From positions 1 to 31,522 of the IMG/VR virus record IMGVR_UViG_3300028138_000009: a stretch of 31,522 nt of DNA. One strand, given 5' to 3'. The notes under the pieces are model-generated. The model did no database searches. It saw only the letters and a list, made by a program, of their open reading frames with translations, and was not told the DNA's origin. Source of the DNA: a virus (taxonomy: Duplodnaviria > Caudoviricetes). This document shows, in pieces, positions 15,937 through 24,152 of the stretch; position 1 is the first letter of the stretch; every line of letters starts with the position of its first letter. The position numbers and the translations under genes are program-made.

Positions 15937-16296
15937 ATGAAACTCACATTCGCTCTGCTCTTACTGGCGCTTTCGTTACCGCTTCGCGCCCAAAACAATG
16001 GAGGCGTTGTCTGCACTTGGCCGCTGCCTAATACCGTGGTCTGCTGTGGCCCCTGTGCCTGCGTTGTTTGCAGCTCTTTCAGCACCGGAGACGCGGGAGC
16101 CTGCATTGACATGGTTCTGCAATGTCCCAACCCCCAGACTTTTAACCGTCCTCTCCGCTTTCGGGATCGCCTGCAAATGCCCACCTTAAGCAATTCTCTC
16201 GACAGTGACCGTGACCTTGGCCGCAAAGGAAGTGCCAGTGAAAGTCAGCTTTACGACAATGGCAGTGGCGCTATTATCGGTATCAATGTCGATTGA
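15937..16296 (+). CDS. Secreted cysteine-rich peptide, antisense to the late operon
   Basis: Sec-type signal MKLTFALLLLALSLPLRA|Q; 8 Cys in residues 26-63; occupies a gap in the minus-strand operon; AT-rich upstream with TTGACA at 15898. Confidence 0.7.
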   Translation: MKLTFALLLLALSLPLRAQNNGGVVCTWPLPNTVVCCGPCACVVCSSFSTGDAGACIDMVLQCPNPQTFNRPLRFRDRLQMPTLSNSLDSDRDLGRKGSASESQLYDNGSGAIIGINVD

Positions 16297-18003
16297 GCCA
16301 TAATAGTTTCCATTTGTGGACGCTGTCACTGTCAATGCAGGGGCAGCGGTTCCACTGGTGAATAACGAAAGATTGGTCGGCGCTTGCGCTGATCCATTAG
16401 CATCCTTCCATGTTGCTGTCCATCCCAAAGTAGCAGTATTTTGCGCAGATACAGCCATCGTGAAGCGTACTCGATAACTGCCCACCGTAGCATCCGGGGT
16501 GAAAGTTAGAACGTTTGTATCCGCTGCTGATTCTGCCTTTTGGGATGTGACTTTACGTACTGTACTCAGCCCTTGCCCTTCGGTGGATATTGCATTGTAA
16601 GTTGTAACTTTTCCGCCGAGCGATAGGGGATCAGTTCCAACTGTTTTAATTGCAAAAGTGCTTCCTGCGGTTGGCCCAGCCTCAATGCGAACGCCATTCC
16701 ATTCTGTGATGGTAGAAGCTGCGCCCTTCGTGGGGGTGAATACATGAATCCCGGTATTAAGCGCCTGAGTGAATGCAACGTTCGGCGTATCGCAGCGCAC
16801 CCAAAATCCAGATCCTTCTGCCGTCGCGTCACTCCCGGTTGTCGTAGCTATTCTCACGCCAATTTGAGTTGTGCCTGACAATCCCGTAGATGGTGAAGCC
16901 TGAAGAAACATCCCAGCAGCCGCGGACGTTCCGCCAGTCTGCCCGATCAGTCCATTGAAATTAGCTGTGCTTGAACAGATAACGTTGTCACCAAACTGGA
17001 CTTTTCCAATTCCCGTTTGAATTGCCCAATTATTTGTCGCTACGGTCTGATCTGCTACAAGTAATCCCCATGCATTTGTAATCGTTCCTCCGCCAGGTTT
17101 AATTGCAGCTTCAGCATAGAACGCGGCGGCATTAGTTACGGTTCCGGATGAAAGGTTCTTACATATACCATCGAATGCACGGAGGTTTGTAGCAGTTCCA
17201 TTATTAGTCGGAGTCTGGACAGGATTGCCAGCCGCAACTCCTCCATTATTGGCCGTGGCGGTGCATCCAGCTATCAATCCAGCGGCAGCGGGTCCGGAAT
17301 TGAATGCCTCGAAATCTCCGCCATATCCAGCCGTAAGCGCTCCGCTGCCAAAGTGCGAGAATGATCCGTAGATTGTTTGCTGTGATCCTGTGAATGTCTG
17401 GGAATTACTTGTCGGAGTGAACATCTCTCCGGCAAATATAAAGTTTAGATACCCTACCGCTGAAGTTGGGTTTATCTCCTGCTCAATATTGAATGTGATG
17501 ATCTGGCTGTTAAGTCCACCAGCATCCACAATCTGCATGATGTAGGGAGATGTGGATGTCCCTTTGATAAGTTTGGTCAATCCTGAAACAGTCAGCGATG
17601 TTCCATTGGGCTGCGCTACAGTCTGAGTTAATACTGGATTCAGGAGAACGACTCCCGGCAATGCTCCCGCCGAAGTAGTAACTATTGTGCTTAGATCGGC
17701 GGAGGCTCCCACAATTGACCAATAACCATAATCCTGCACAATGGTTGAAAGATTTGATCCGTACAGGATTGCCCGGTATCGCGGAGAGCTGGAAAGCTCA
17801 TCACTGAACCAAATGGCCGTGGTCGTGATTTTGGCATTTGAATCCAGCGGGAAAAGAAGCGGTTGCGTTGTAACCTGTCCGCCTGTGGCTATAACTTCTG
17901 AAGCAAACTCCAACTGCAAGGAAAGCAATCCATTTGCTACCAATGTTCCCTGTCCGTTCTGAAATCCTACAGATGTTGAAATCTGCTTCGTGGGAGTGGC
18001 CAT
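16186..18003 (-). CDS. Long fibre/tailspike-like protein
   Basis: N-terminal anchor-like GFQNGQGTLVANGLL; G/A/T/N-rich beta-helix-like repeats (TVTNAAAFY, TITNAWGLL, TITEWNGVR); C-terminal beta domain. Confidence 0.7.
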   Translation of the reverse strand: MATPTKQISTSVGFQNGQGTLVANGLLSLQLEFASEVIATGGQVTTQPLLFPLDSNAKITTTAIWFSDELSSSPRYRAILYGSNLSTIVQDYGYWSIVGASADLSTIVTTSAGALPGVVLLNPVLTQTVAQPNGTSLTVSGLTKLIKGTSTSPYIMQIVDAGGLNSQIITFNIEQEINPTSAVGYLNFIFAGEMFTPTSNSQTFTGSQQTIYGSFSHFGSGALTAGYGGDFEAFNSGPAAAGLIAGCTATANNGGVAAGNPVQTPTNNGTATNLRAFDGICKNLSSGTVTNAAAFYAEAAIKPGGGTITNAWGLLVADQTVATNNWAIQTGIGKVQFGDNVICSSTANFNGLIGQTGGTSAAAGMFLQASPSTGLSGTTQIGVRIATTTGSDATAEGSGFWVRCDTPNVAFTQALNTGIHVFTPTKGAASTITEWNGVRIEAGPTAGSTFAIKTVGTDPLSLGGKVTTYNAISTEGQGLSTVRKVTSQKAESAADTNVLTFTPDATVGSYRVRFTMAVSAQNTATLGWTATWKDANGSAQAPTNLSLFTSGTAAPALTVTASTNGNYYGSIDIDTDNSATAIVVKLTFTGTSFAAKVTVTVERIA

Positions 18004-18203
18004 TAAGTTCCCTTCTTCTTTTTATTTTTTCTTGCAGCGAGAGCTTGCGCGAGGGGGCCGGATGAAAGATTCGATGAAGCACTTGAAGCATTGGCTAGAG
18101 CGATGGCTAATTGAGCGCGGGGGTTCGTGACCGTCTGGCCTGATTGTCTGGGGCCAATTGGTTGCTTTGGCCCCGGTTTCTGATTGAAGTTCTCATTAAG
18201 CAA
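18003..18203 (-). CDS. 66-aa basic hypothetical protein
   Basis: Fills the gap exactly; TTG start abuts the upstream TAA; TAATG overlap downstream. Confidence 0.5.
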   Translation of the reverse strand: MLNENFNQKPGPKQPIGPRQSGQTVTNPRAQLAIALANASSASSNLSSGPLAQALAARKNKKKKGT

Positions 18204-18839
18204 TTAAGCGCTCAGTTGTTCCGCCAAAACTTTTCCATCCGGAAGAATGGTCGGCAATTCGTCCATCTTTCCGCGTTTGAATTCCCGCAGGTCGCGTACA
18301 GCACAGCCGCCACTCGCACAGTCTTTGCATTCGGGGAATGATTGAATGTGAGCTGTCCAGAGAGATTCCGCTGTAAGCGTTTTCAGGTTTTCCAGGTGCA
18401 TACCTGATTTCATGTTTTCCTGTGTAACCTTGAATGGCGAAAAAACCTTTGTGCAGCGAATGCATACAGCGCGGCAGCAATTGTCATTGCTCACTTGCCC
18501 ACGGAACGCATGATCTCTTTGCAGAACTCCTTCAGCGGTCTTCACATGGGAGCAATAGAACTGGCTGGTACGCCGCGCACGTTCATCTTGTACCGCTTCC
18601 TTGGCCCGCGCAACCCGGCGCTTATTCTCCTGCTCAATTTCCTTATCCAGCTTTTCTTGTTCACGCGCTGAAGGTTTTTTCATCTCGCGCACGGCCTCAA
18701 GCGTCTGCTCGTTGGCTTTCTGCATTACCGTGGCGATAAGGTTTTCCAGCATTTCCGGGGTGAATACGATCCCTTGCGGCTGTTCAGCCATTGTTTCCTG
18801 CTCCTTGATTTTTATCTTCTGATTTTCTAAAGGCTTCAT
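18204..18839 (-). CDS. Coiled-coil protein with Cys/His metal-binding clusters
   Basis: CSH...CCRAVCIRC...H...CKDCASGGC; start moved to MKPLEN (ATGA overlap). Confidence 0.7.
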   Translation of the reverse strand: MKPLENQKIKIKEQETMAEQPQGIVFTPEMLENLIATVMQKANEQTLEAVREMKKPSAREQEKLDKEIEQENKRRVARAKEAVQDERARRTSQFYCSHVKTAEGVLQRDHAFRGQVSNDNCCRAVCIRCTKVFSPFKVTQENMKSGMHLENLKTLTAESLWTAHIQSFPECKDCASGGCAVRDLREFKRGKMDELPTILPDGKVLAEQLSA

Positions 18840-19432
18840 GCTGCGCTCCGCTTCCCGGTAAGTACCGCCCAATGCGCGGATTGGCAGCTCGGTTGCCCGA
18901 ACATAACTTCCACTGATGGCAATGACACCATGCGCAGGCGTATCAAACGGGCAAGGATCGTGCGCCAGCCCTGCCGGAGAATCCCCACTCCTTCGCCATC
19001 TTGCCCCGGCTTACGCAGCAAAACAAATTCCGGCATGATTCCATCATGAAAGGCGAACAGATATTGCAGCCCTTCCGGATGGATCATGGATATGGGAACC
19101 TGCAAGTAAATCCCGATTTTTTCTTTGTCCGCATTGGCCCGCTCAAACCAGAGTGAAGGATTGAGCTTGGTTAGACGTTCAATGAATATGCTTGAGTGCA
19201 ACGGCATCCCGATACCGGCGTCCGCATTGGTTCTGTCCCTGCCATTGTCAGAAGCAAACGCCGCTTGTTTCTTTCCTTCAGCATCCGCGAAGATGGCCCG
19301 CTGGTGATCCCTCTTATAACCCCAGCGGTCATTGAGGTAACGCGCCATGGGTGAGAGCTTGGAGTTTGACTTGGAGGCTGCTACCGCCTTGTCAAACTCC
19401 ACGCTGCTAGGTACGTCAAGGATCAAGCTCAT
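18836..19432 (-). CDS. 198-aa hypothetical virion-module protein
   Basis: In operon, coupled at both ends. Confidence 0.7.
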   Translation of the reverse strand: MSLILDVPSSVEFDKAVAASKSNSKLSPMARYLNDRWGYKRDHQRAIFADAEGKKQAAFASDNGRDRTNADAGIGMPLHSSIFIERLTKLNPSLWFERANADKEKIGIYLQVPISMIHPEGLQYLFAFHDGIMPEFVLLRKPGQDGEGVGILRQGWRTILARLIRLRMVSLPSVEVMFGQPSCQSAHWAVLTGKRSAA

Positions 19433-19436
19433 GCAA

Positions 19437-19889
19437 TTACCATGCGGTCTGTGAGCCTTTCGGGAGGAAGAAAGCCGTCACGCTGAAAGTGAATGACGGA
19501 GTTGTGGCCCCAACCGTATAGGCTAGACGCATGTTGGCGGGGTCTACGACAACAGGCTTTACCAAAGTTCCACCCGTAGAAGCTGCCGCTCCCTCTGCGC
19601 CAACTTCTCCAATTCCAAGTCCCAGCCGCACGGTCAGGAAGTTGACCCCGGCAGCCGTGATTTGCGTATGCCGCCATGGGATGTTGACGAATGTGGTTCC
19701 GCCATCAATGGATGTCTGATAAACGATATCCAAAGTCGGAGAGGTTCCGGAAGCCGCAGTGCAGTTCACAATGAACGTATAGGCGTCGGCCAACTTCAGA
19801 GAAAATGCGGCGCTATTCCCGGTACCTGTTACTGCTGCGGAGGCGACGATTGTTTGCAGGATTGGTTTCTGATTTGTTCCTGAAGACAT
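19437..19889 (-). CDS. Small beta-sandwich structural protein, paralogue A
   Basis: NCTAASGTSPTLDIVYQTSIDGG...GATTPSFTFSV; start MSSGTN 1 nt after the upstream stop. Confidence 0.75.
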   Translation of the reverse strand: MSSGTNQKPILQTIVASAAVTGTGNSAAFSLKLADAYTFIVNCTAASGTSPTLDIVYQTSIDGGTTFVNIPWRHTQITAAGVNFLTVRLGLGIGEVGAEGAAASTGGTLVKPVVVDPANMRLAYTVGATTPSFTFSVTAFFLPKGSQTAW

Positions 19890-19890
19890 T

Positions 19891-20442
19891 TTACATAGCC
19901 TCGATGTAGAAGTCATCGAGCGTAGCCACGTTCGATGCGTTGGTTGATCCGAAAACGCAGGAAACAACAAACCCGCAAGTTCCGGTGGAAAGATCAATGG
20001 AGGTCAAGGCCGTAATCGCAGCATTGGCCGTCTCGATTGTTTCTGCATTGAATCCGTTCGCCTGCCCGCTTAGCCGCTTGGAAGTTGAATCCCAAACCAC
20101 TTCAAGATCAATGTACCAAGGCCGCGTAATGGTGGCATAGGAACGGTTCGAAAGAGCGAGAAAGTCCGTGTTGTTTGCCGCCGTAATGGATGTCGATGCC
20201 GATGCTGGCGTGATGTCCTTATTGAATTGGATGGTAGCCAGAAAGTTTGAAGTCGTTCCGGTGGTTGCTCTGCCCTTTGCGGAAACAAAGAAACGGAGAT
20301 TGGTAGGCGCGGCAATGTCTGGCTTGATGTGAACGAATGCCGACTTAGTGGCCACATCGCTTTGCACAAACACGGTTGCCGATGTCGGATTGGTGAGGCT
20401 TGCCGCCTTCTTGGCTTTGAAAAATGCAATTCCACTTGCCAT
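19891..20442 (-). CDS. Putative capsid decoration / minor head protein
   Basis: Directly after the capsid gene; strong AAGGAG; Ala/Ser/Thr-rich beta sequence. Confidence 0.6.
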   Translation of the reverse strand: MASGIAFFKAKKAASLTNPTSATVFVQSDVATKSAFVHIKPDIAAPTNLRFFVSAKGRATTGTTSNFLATIQFNKDITPASASTSITAANNTDFLALSNRSYATITRPWYIDLEVVWDSTSKRLSGQANGFNAETIETANAAITALTSIDLSTGTCGFVVSCVFGSTNASNVATLDDFYIEAM

Positions 20443-20459
20443 GTTTTTGTCTCCTTCTG

Positions 20460-21419
20460 TTAAACGAGGCTGCTGTCCGCGGTTACGATCCGATAACGGT
20501 AAGTTGTCGAATCAAGGGTCTTGAAGGCGGTGGCGAACCAATAGGAAACGTACTGCCCGATGTTTCCTTCCGGATCTGCTGGCGACGGGCCTCCCGGTAC
20601 GATGTTCAGGTTGAAGCGTTCATTGCGCGGATCAACAACCTTATCTGGGCCTTTGCCAGAGATGTTAATCATGCCGACTGCGCCCTTGCCGACAATGTAG
20701 GTCGAATACAGGACGCTAGGAGCCGTTCCAGTGCTGTTCACGTTTGTGGTTTCGAGGAAGCGTACGCCTGCAATCTTGCCGACTTCGCCATTGATGAGCT
20801 GGGTGTTGTTCGTGTACTTCAGCACGTCAATGAATCCGCCTGCAGTGTTGTCCGAAGTCAGGTCATAGGAGATGAACGGGTGAATGATCCCAATCATGTC
20901 CGACCCTTCACGGGAGCGAACGTCACGGCCAGTCAGGTTGTATTTGGATGCGCGGGCATCGGCGGCTGAGAAGGTTGCACCGATGGAAGCACCTGAAGGG
21001 CTGGAATTGCTATCAAACTCGATGCGGGCCAGCGTGTCCACCGTCTTTGATGCACGGTAAGACATATCTTCCACCATGCGCTGCGTGGTTGGGCTGATAT
21101 CGGTCAGCATCAACATCTGAGATGAACTGGTGAAGTCCGAATACTGCTCAACGGTTGCGGAAACCGTGGTGCTGGTCTGCGTAAACGGAGTACCTACAAC
21201 GCCTTCAGCCGAAGGAACGGTATTCGCTCCAGGCAGGGTGAAGCGGTACATCTGGATTGTTTTTCCTTGGCCTTGCGGGATGTTGTGATCCGTCTCGCAA
21301 ACATTGGCGAACCGGAACATCTGTTCAAGCCGATCCAGCGACAGAGAATCATAGTATGCCGCAGGAAAATGGGTTAATGACCCTGTTTGTGTGGTATTTG
21401 CTGCTGGTGAAATAGACAC
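20460..21419 (-). CDS. Major capsid protein, HK97 fold, N4-gp56-like family
   Basis: IPQGQGKTIQMYRF, SAEGVVG, TVEQYSDF, IIHP, GEVGKIAGVRFLETTN, DPEG..GQ motifs; GTG start with AGGAG. Confidence 0.9.
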   Translation of the reverse strand: MSISPAANTTQTGSLTHFPAAYYDSLSLDRLEQMFRFANVCETDHNIPQGQGKTIQMYRFTLPGANTVPSAEGVVGTPFTQTSTTVSATVEQYSDFTSSSQMLMLTDISPTTQRMVEDMSYRASKTVDTLARIEFDSNSSPSGASIGATFSAADARASKYNLTGRDVRSREGSDMIGIIHPFISYDLTSDNTAGGFIDVLKYTNNTQLINGEVGKIAGVRFLETTNVNSTGTAPSVLYSTYIVGKGAVGMINISGKGPDKVVDPRNERFNLNIVPGGPSPADPEGNIGQYVSYWFATAFKTLDSTTYRYRIVTADSSLV

Positions 21420-21562
21420 AAGCGTCTCCTGTAAATGGGAATCAGTGTTGCATTCGCCATCTCAGAAGGAACGCTTCTGGATTGCCTGCAAGTCGACGTG
21501 GGGAACGCCCAATCCAACTTGGACTTACTGGTTATGCGTTTGCTCGCGGGAACGCCGCTTAG
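21420..21562 (-). ncRNA. Candidate structured 5' leader RNA with three G[CGUUC]C-capped hairpins
   Basis: GCGG[CGUUC]CCGC (21558-21546), UGGG[CGUUC]CCCA (21511-21499), CAGAAG[CGUUC]CUUCUG (21479-21463). Confidence 0.65.
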
Positions 21563-21567
21563 ATGCT

Positions 21568-21596
21568 ATTAACGCTTAAAGGTGTTGCGTTGTCAA
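21568..21596 (-). promoter_or_regulatory. Putative capsid promoter with an internal inverted repeat
   Basis: TTGACA(21596-21591)-17 nt-GTTAAT (imperfect -10); AACGC-N11-GCGTT spans the spacer. Confidence 0.55.
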
Positions 21597-21603
21597 GAAC
21601 TTT

Positions 21604-22098
21604 TCATGGTGCCTGAAAAACTGTAATGCCTTGGATAGTGGGAATATGCCATATTGCCTTCCACGGCCTGATTGTCCAGATGGTCTGGTACTGCGGTCGG
21701 TTGGAGTCGTGGAGTACAACAACAGCCCCTGGCGCAAGCTGAAGCGCCGCAACTTCTTCTACTCGATCACCAGATGAATCGATGAAGGCAAAGTCTACGG
21801 AATTAAGATGCTTGGTTATAAAATCTATTCCGGAACAATGCAGGATATGACAGTGAAGCTGAATGCATTTACTCTCAGCCTCTTTTACCATATCAGAATC
21901 AGTATCGCACGACCATACATCTCCAATTCCGTTCATCCATGCCGCTTTTGACAATCTTTCCGTTGCTCCACCTTTATAGCATCCTGTCTCCATGATAACT
22001 TTGGGCTTTAGCAGACGCACCAATCCATATAGGAAATCGTAGACTTCATGCTCTGAGGCCATTTCATCATCGGCGGTCAGCAGTCCATATTTAATCAT
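21604..22098 (-). CDS. Class I SAM-dependent O-methyltransferase-like protein
   Basis: KPKVIMETGCYKGGAT, DFAFIDS, LAPGAVVVLHDS. Confidence 0.85.
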   Translation of the reverse strand: MIKYGLLTADDEMASEHEVYDFLYGLVRLLKPKVIMETGCYKGGATERLSKAAWMNGIGDVWSCDTDSDMVKEAESKCIQLHCHILHCSGIDFITKHLNSVDFAFIDSSGDRVEEVAALQLAPGAVVVLHDSNRPQYQTIWTIRPWKAIWHIPTIQGITVFQAP

Positions 22099-22448
22099 GC
22101 TATTTCCCTTGGATGCTTTGATGTTTGGAATTCAAATTCCCTGATCGCCATTTCAACAGATTGGCACCCAATATTTCCATTTATCTCAGGTTTGAATTCA
22201 TAGGCTAATTGACATACTCTTCCATCGTGAGTACGCAAATACACTAGTTTAATAAGCGCTGGGCAAACCAGATTTGATTGTTCCCTGAATGGCGGGCCAT
22301 CAGAGCCAATATATTGCCACGCACTGCCCCACTTCTCCCATTTTGGACGCATATCCCAAAAACTTATTACAGGGGTACCGCGCCGTCCAATGGTTTCTCC
22401 TAGTGCAAGTTGCTTTATAGCTCTTCTGACATTATCCGCAAGTGTCAT
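22095..22448 (-). CDS. 117-aa hypothetical protein
   Basis: ATGA-coupled on both sides. Confidence 0.65.
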   Translation of the reverse strand: MTLADNVRRAIKQLALGETIGRRGTPVISFWDMRPKWEKWGSAWQYIGSDGPPFREQSNLVCPALIKLVYLRTHDGRVCQLAYEFKPEINGNIGCQSVEMAIREFEFQTSKHPREIA

Positions 22449-22993
22449 GCGATTTGTGTCACTCCGCTTTTGTAATCATCCGGCCAAACCGTTGACAGTC
22501 CATCTCCAAAGTGATTGCGCCGAACGTCTCTCATGCGCCCGACTTTGTAGCCCTTGGCCCGTATCTGTTCTCCCTGCGCACAGGAATCCCACGTCTGTCC
22601 ATTGAACGGAGGTACTTCAATGATTCCTTTGCGGATCACGTTTATGCCTCCGCCTGTTTTGGTTTCATAAATCTCGGTCGGCCCGAACGGAGCGCAGTAA
22701 TCTTCCGTTCCCAGCAGAGCATATTCTGGATATCGGCGCATCAGATCTTCGCAACGTTCAAGGAAGTTTTTTCCAAGCGGCATACAGTCATCATCGGCGA
22801 TGATATAGAAATCTGTTTGGGCTTTATCTTCCGCCATTCTACGACGCTCCTGCTGAAACTCCCGACCTGACATGGCTATGGGTAAAATTATCTTAGGACG
22901 ACAAAACGATTCCCACATCATCAGGCAAGGGGCAGCAATAGCTTCACGCAATCGGTCACGAGGCTGCCAGCAACAGTAAAACACATCGATCAT
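22445..22993 (-). CDS. GT-A fold (GT2-like) glycosyltransferase
   Basis: DFYIIADDDC (DxD), GGGINVIRK, IRAKGYKV, C-terminal HFG..S. Confidence 0.8.
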   Translation of the reverse strand: MIDVFYCCWQPRDRLREAIAAPCLMMWESFCRPKIILPIAMSGREFQQERRRMAEDKAQTDFYIIADDDCMPLGKNFLERCEDLMRRYPEYALLGTEDYCAPFGPTEIYETKTGGGINVIRKGIIEVPPFNGQTWDSCAQGEQIRAKGYKVGRMRDVRRNHFGDGLSTVWPDDYKSGVTQIA

Positions 22994-23850
22994 ACGTCAT
23001 ATCCCAACTTCTTGGCCTCTTGCCATTTGCGCATGACTTCTTGCGGAGAATCACCCGGTACGGCTTTCAGGTTTTCTGGAATGCCTCCGGTTGTCGGCGG
23101 ACGAGAACCAACGGGAACGGGCGGTATAGGCATAGGCGGCTTGGGATTGTTCCCCGCCTGCTTTGTCGTGTAAGACTTATCGTTCTGCACAAGAAACGAG
23201 TGCGCCATTTGGAGCATGTTCACTTGCTGTTTGGGACTGGCGCGGTCGAAGGCTTCACCTAATCCCGCATTGACGATATTGCCCAGCAGCTTTTCATTGT
23301 TCTCTTTGGTGTTATTGAAGTCCGGCTGCGCGGTCAAGAACTGGAGTTCAATGTTCTGCGCGGCGAACGTGGAAGATGTTTCCTGAATCATTCCCAGAGC
23401 GCGGCGCATGGTCTGTGCATCTGGATAACCCAGAGACTTTGCCACAAGTCCGGCTGCATATTCCGCCGCCGCCTGCTCCTCTGCATTGGCGAAAACTGAT
23501 TGCGGCGCTTCTGGCGTTGCGGGAGTGGCGGGCTGCGCAGCCTTTGTGACCTGATCTTTGGCCCATAGCTTTGTGCTGACTTGTGCCTGTCCCTGCTTGG
23601 CAAGAATCTCCTGCGCTGTGCCTTCAAAAACTTCGCCAGTCAGAAGCTCTGTTTTGAATCTTCCGCCGCCTAGATCGGTAACGACAACGGGATTTTCTGG
23701 TGTTGGCGCTGTAATGACTGGCGCGGCTAGTTCGGCTGCTACTGGCGGCTGACCCGGTGTTGGCGTGCTCTGCGATGCGGCATTAGCCGCTGCAATCTGC
23801 TCTGTGGTCAATGGTATTGCTGGTGTTGCGGGAATTGCTGGTGTGCTCAT
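22990..23850 (-). CDS. Probable capsid scaffolding protein
   Basis: Pro/Ala-rich ends, helical core, C-terminal short helix; between portal and capsid genes. Confidence 0.65.
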   Translation of the reverse strand: MSTPAIPATPAIPLTTEQIAAANAASQSTPTPGQPPVAAELAAPVITAPTPENPVVVTDLGGGRFKTELLTGEVFEGTAQEILAKQGQAQVSTKLWAKDQVTKAAQPATPATPEAPQSVFANAEEQAAAEYAAGLVAKSLGYPDAQTMRRALGMIQETSSTFAAQNIELQFLTAQPDFNNTKENNEKLLGNIVNAGLGEAFDRASPKQQVNMLQMAHSFLVQNDKSYTTKQAGNNPKPPMPIPPVPVGSRPPTTGGIPENLKAVPGDSPQEVMRKWQEAKKLGYDV

Positions 23851-24152
23851 TATCCCCCTTGTGCCGCCATGCGTTCGAGGTCGGCTTTCATTTCTTCTGT
23901 GATTTCTTCAAGTCCCTTTGTTGCTGATTCGATCCAACTATCTACCGCTTTCTTGAGTAACAAACTCTGCTGATAACGAATCGTAAAAGTGCGATACACT
24001 TCCGCCGACCCCGATATGCAATCAGTCAATGCATCGTGCGATTCGCGGACGAGACCATCAAGTAGCTTGCGGAGATCATCTCCAGCTCCAGACTTGGAGA
24101 ACTGGACAATATCCTGAAACAGTGACAGATCAGATTGCGCGGTTTCCAGCAT
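23850..24152 (-). CDS. 100-aa helical protein in the portal-scaffold position (Bbp19-like by synteny)
   Basis: Position and size; coupled at both ends. Confidence 0.6.
   Translation of the reverse strand: MLETAQSDLSLFQDIVQFSKSGAGDDLRKLLDGLVRESHDALTDCISGSAEVYRTFTIRYQQSLLLKKAVDSWIESATKGLEEITEEMKADLERMAAQGG

Noticed and set aside
15918-16226. 102-aa minus-strand ORF filling the operon gap
   Set aside because: No RBS or clean coupling and no recognisable features; the opposite strand has a signal peptide and an ordered Cys pattern
21440-21530. HDV-like (theta) ribozyme in the capsid leader: nested pairings, a GCG-UUCCCCA-CGU P3/L3-like element and a downstream GGCGAAUG
   Set aside because: I could not build a canonical fold. 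P2 does not abut P3 when P4 and a CGAA J4/2 are included, and the alternative P2 leaves no room for the catalytic C. The three-hairpin model explains the sequence better; a cleavage assay would settle it.
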